This document shows, piece by piece, positions 60,571 to 64,000 of a stretch of 64,000 nt of DNA. The DNA comes from Eledone cirrhosa (taxonomy: Eukaryota), in NCBI GenBank assembly GCA_964016885.1, contig OZ024749.1:3596001-3660000 (forward strand), given 5' to 3'. The position numbers and the translations under genes are program-made. The notes under the pieces are model-generated. The model did not search any database. It saw only the letters and a program-made list of their open reading frames with translations, and was not told where the DNA came from. Positions within the stretch are counted from its first letter, which is position 1. Every line of letters starts with the position of its first letter.

Positions 60571-60730
60571 ATTAAAATAACAGATTAAAGTTTAAGCAAA
60601 GAATTGCTGCTTTCACCCTTAACGGGATTTTCTGAAACTGTTTCAGAAGATCACGTTAAGGGTGAAAGCAGCGATTCTTTGCTTAACCTTTAATCTGTTA
60701 TTTTAATAAATATTTGCTCTACGGTTCTCA
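60571..60730. mobile_element. Fold-back pLTR element related to the 15908-16860 PLE
   Basis: Arms 60571-60637 and 60639-60707. Core variant CAGAAGA...GAAA. Confidence 0.85.
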
Positions 60731-60796
60731 TATAATTGATATATATTTATCCTTATCGAGCCCTCTTTGGATTTTAGTCTTCAAATGTATTATTAT

Positions 60797-60840
<44 letters not shown>

Positions 60841-60842
<2 letters not shown>

Positions 60843-61701
60843 GTTATTCCGGGTTGAATCGGAGGTAACCACAGTAAGTAAGGTACTCAATACATAGCAG
60901 AGTATAACAGTTTTAATATAGATGAGATTCTACAGGACTAGAACTGTTTCATTCATTAGAAATCATCAGGAATCTGGGTATCAAAAAATAAATATGGTAT
61001 TTATAGGTCTCTACAAGTGGTAGGAGAGGGTGGGGAGTGGGATGGGTGCAGGTCATTGGTTGATAGAAAAGGGAATTCATTAAAAGCTAATTCTACAAAG
61101 CTATAGTTAATTTTTATTTTTATTTTTATTTATATTTATTTATGTTTTTAGAGTAACAAAGGCAGACAGAATTCTATAAACAGGTTCCGGGTGGCATACC
61201 ATTCCTTGTCAATAAGTTTCTCTTAAGCTAACATATGTCTATAAAATCAGTGGGGGGTCAGTCATGCTCGATAGAATTAAAGAAAAGGGAGATTCTTTAA
61301 AAGCTAAAGTCATTAAGGTTCTACTAAGTGACAAAGGTCTAGAGAATTCTACAGACAGATTCAAAATACTGAGTGCATATCTTACTATTATCTTCGAACT
61401 TCTCTTAAACTAATCAACAATATGCCAAAAATCAACAGACACATTCACAAAAAAACAAAAAAACAAAAAAACAGAAAAACAAAAAAACACACATAAAAAA
61501 CAAAAAAACACACATACTCACTCACACACTTACGCGCAACCATAAACACACACACAAACACATATACACACATAAAAACACACACACATATATAAAAAAT
61601 ATATAAATATATATAAATATATATTCATGTACACACACATACATACACACATACATACATACATACATATATAATACATATACACATATACATACACACA
61701 T

Positions 61702-61734
<33 letters not shown>

Positions 61735-61773
61735 CATATATATACACATATATATATATATATACATATATAC

Positions 61774-61820
<47 letters not shown>

Positions 61821-62298
61821 CATATAAATCGAAAATGCAACTGAAGTCCCATCTTTTTCAAAAATATATATATTTTTATTTGGCTCCCTTACCGGTCTCG
61901 CAGCTCCTCCGCCCCCCAAAAGGCGAGCTGAGATGGAGGGTCTGTGGTTTTTCTGATGTGAGAAAAACCACAGACCCTCCATCCCAACTCACCCCTTGAA
62001 AAGCAGAAGAACCGCGAAACCGGCAAAGGAACCAAATAAACATATATATTTTTAAAAAATAATATAAATAAAAAATAAATATAAATAAAAATAAAAATTA
62101 ACTATAGCTTTGTAGAATTAGCTTTTAATGAATTCCCTTTTCTATCAACCAATGACCTGCACCCATCCCACTCCCCACCCTCTCCTACCACTTGTAGAGA
62201 CCTATAAATACCATATTTATTTTTTGATACCCAGATTCCTGATGATTTCTAATGAATGAAACAGTTCTAGTCCTGTAGAATCTCATCTATATTAAAAC
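60841..62298. mobile_element. Family C element with inverted pLTR arms
   Basis: 60912-61118 appears identical to the reverse complement of ~62090-62297. Intact hammerheads at 60925-60975 (-) and 62233-62283 (+). Confidence 0.85.
61830..62059. mobile_element. Nested fold-back element with strand-polarised A>G differences between arms
   Basis: Arms 61854-61954 and 61961-62059, 6-nt loop, perfect 23-bp apical stem. Confidence 0.85.
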
Positions 62299-62305
62299 TA
62301 TATAC

Positions 62306-62383
<78 letters not shown>

Positions 62384-63449
62384 CGAAAGAGAAAGGTATA
62401 GTTAGATAGTCGAGGATTGTAGTGCGGAATCGAAACAGCAGTGCCGGGTTCGTTTGTCATGTGTGAATGTGTTAAATTTGTTTTTCAGCCCTGTACACAC
62501 ATACTTCGACCAATCTCTGAAATATTTAACAGAAGACGGCAAGACAAAAATGAAACTAAATCGATATTAATAATAAATAGAAATGTAAACGAAACGTAGT
62601 AAATATTGATAGATTCCATTTAATAGCGAGCGATATTGAAACATTATTGAATGAGTTATAAGCCATGCGCTCATCCGGATATCCAGCAAAAAGGTCGCCG
62701 GAAAGAAACAAATGACATAAGAGAAAGCTTACAATAGATTGTATCGGAAGAGAAACGAAATACTTATCAGATATCAATTTGATATCTCCCATTATGTAAA
62801 CAAGATAAAGTGCACACTTTGTTGATGAAGGAAGAGAATAGATTCTTAGACACACACATTCAAACACTTCGACATACACCTTAAGCCTAGACACACTCAA
62901 AATAGAGAGATAAACACTTACAGATAATTAGGGAACACACAAACGTATAAAAACATATTCACACGTGTACATACACATTAAAACACACAGTCATACACAT
63001 TAACAAACAGAGGAAGAAAAGAATATAAAATACTCACAGACAATGGGAATGTATATTAGTTTTATTTATTATGTTTTACTTTTTAAGCACATTGTTGGAA
63101 AATAGGATGATAAAAATATAAATATTGAAAGAACTATCAATGAAAATGTCTACATTTTATTGACTACGTCAGCCAGGGGCTTCATGGAAAGAAACTATTA
63201 TATATATGCGGACTTTAGTTGAGAATTATGTCGCACCTTTTTCTGATTTCAAGTCTTTCAATTATTCAATCAACCCATCATAGGTGTCAGTAAATATAAT
63301 GTACCTCTTATTCACAGGTAGCACATATATTTGGTTATATAAATCCTCACATGTTCTGTCTCGTTGTGTTATGTTGGCAGTACATGCTAACTTCTATATA
63401 ATTGTTGCTTAATATTTGCTGTTATGCGGTCATTCTACTGTTATTGGAT

Positions 63450-63990
63450 TAACAGTATCGGTAGAGGGTCGGGTGCCATGTTTTGCAGCATAGATATGCC
63501 CCTTTATGGTCAGAGTTCAAATCCGGCAGAGGTTAAATTTGCCTTTCAATCCTTACGGGGTCGATAAAATAAAGTACCAGCAATGCACTGGGTAATTGCT
63601 GGCCTTGTGCCAACAGTAGAAACAGTTATTATTTCAGTTTTGAAGTGCAGTGGATTTGATGCGGCCCTTTATGATCTGAGTTCAAATCATCGAGGTTAAC
63701 TTGCCTTTCATCCTTACGGGGTCGATAAAATAGAGTACCAGTCACGCACTGGGGTCGTTTATTTGACTTCCCCTCCCATCAAATTGCTAGCATTTTGCCT
63801 GTATAAGAAACCATTATTTTAGGTGTGTAGGTGCAGTGGATTGTAAGTATCCGTAGGGCGTCGAGCAGTATGCTTAATGGCATATAGTTACGTCACTTTA
63901 TGTTCTGATTTCAAACCCTCGGAGGTTAGCTTTGCCATTTCTCCCTACGTCTTCGACAAAATATAGTACCAGTAGAGCACTTTTGTCGAT
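63450..63990 (+). mobile_element. Three tandem tRNA-derived SINE copies
   Basis: The core gagttcaaatcc..gaggttaa..gcctttca..gtcgataaaata..gtaccag recurs at ~63512, ~63678 and ~63907. Confidence 0.8.
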
Positions 63991-64000
63991 TGAATATACT

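Overview
AT-rich eukaryotic non-coding DNA, saturated with (TA)n/(CA)n/(GA)n microsatellites. The SINE types and repeat style suggest an octopod cephalopod (inference). I can support no host protein-coding gene: nearly all listed ORFs are microsatellite translations. The window is dominated by Penelope-like retroelements (PLEs). There are three decayed RT+GIY-YIG copies (23.6-28.1, 46.4-50.0 and 54.2-56.7 kb), two GIY-YIG 3' fragments, and about 15 small non-coding fold-back elements embedded in (TA)n. Most fold-back elements are built from PLE pseudo-LTRs (pLTRs) carrying type I hammerhead ribozymes, with both 3' ends pointing outward. In one hairpin (61854-62059), all 17 arm-to-arm differences in a ~48-bp block read as A>G on one strand with ADAR-like context. 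Reverting them restores a complete hammerhead, so this looks like an A-to-I hyper-edited RNA fixed in DNA. Also present: a Chapaev3-like relic, a mariner relic, an hAT MITE, a Helitron, an RTE-type LINE fragment and many tRNA-derived SINEs. All alignments and folds were done by eye, and element ends are approximate.
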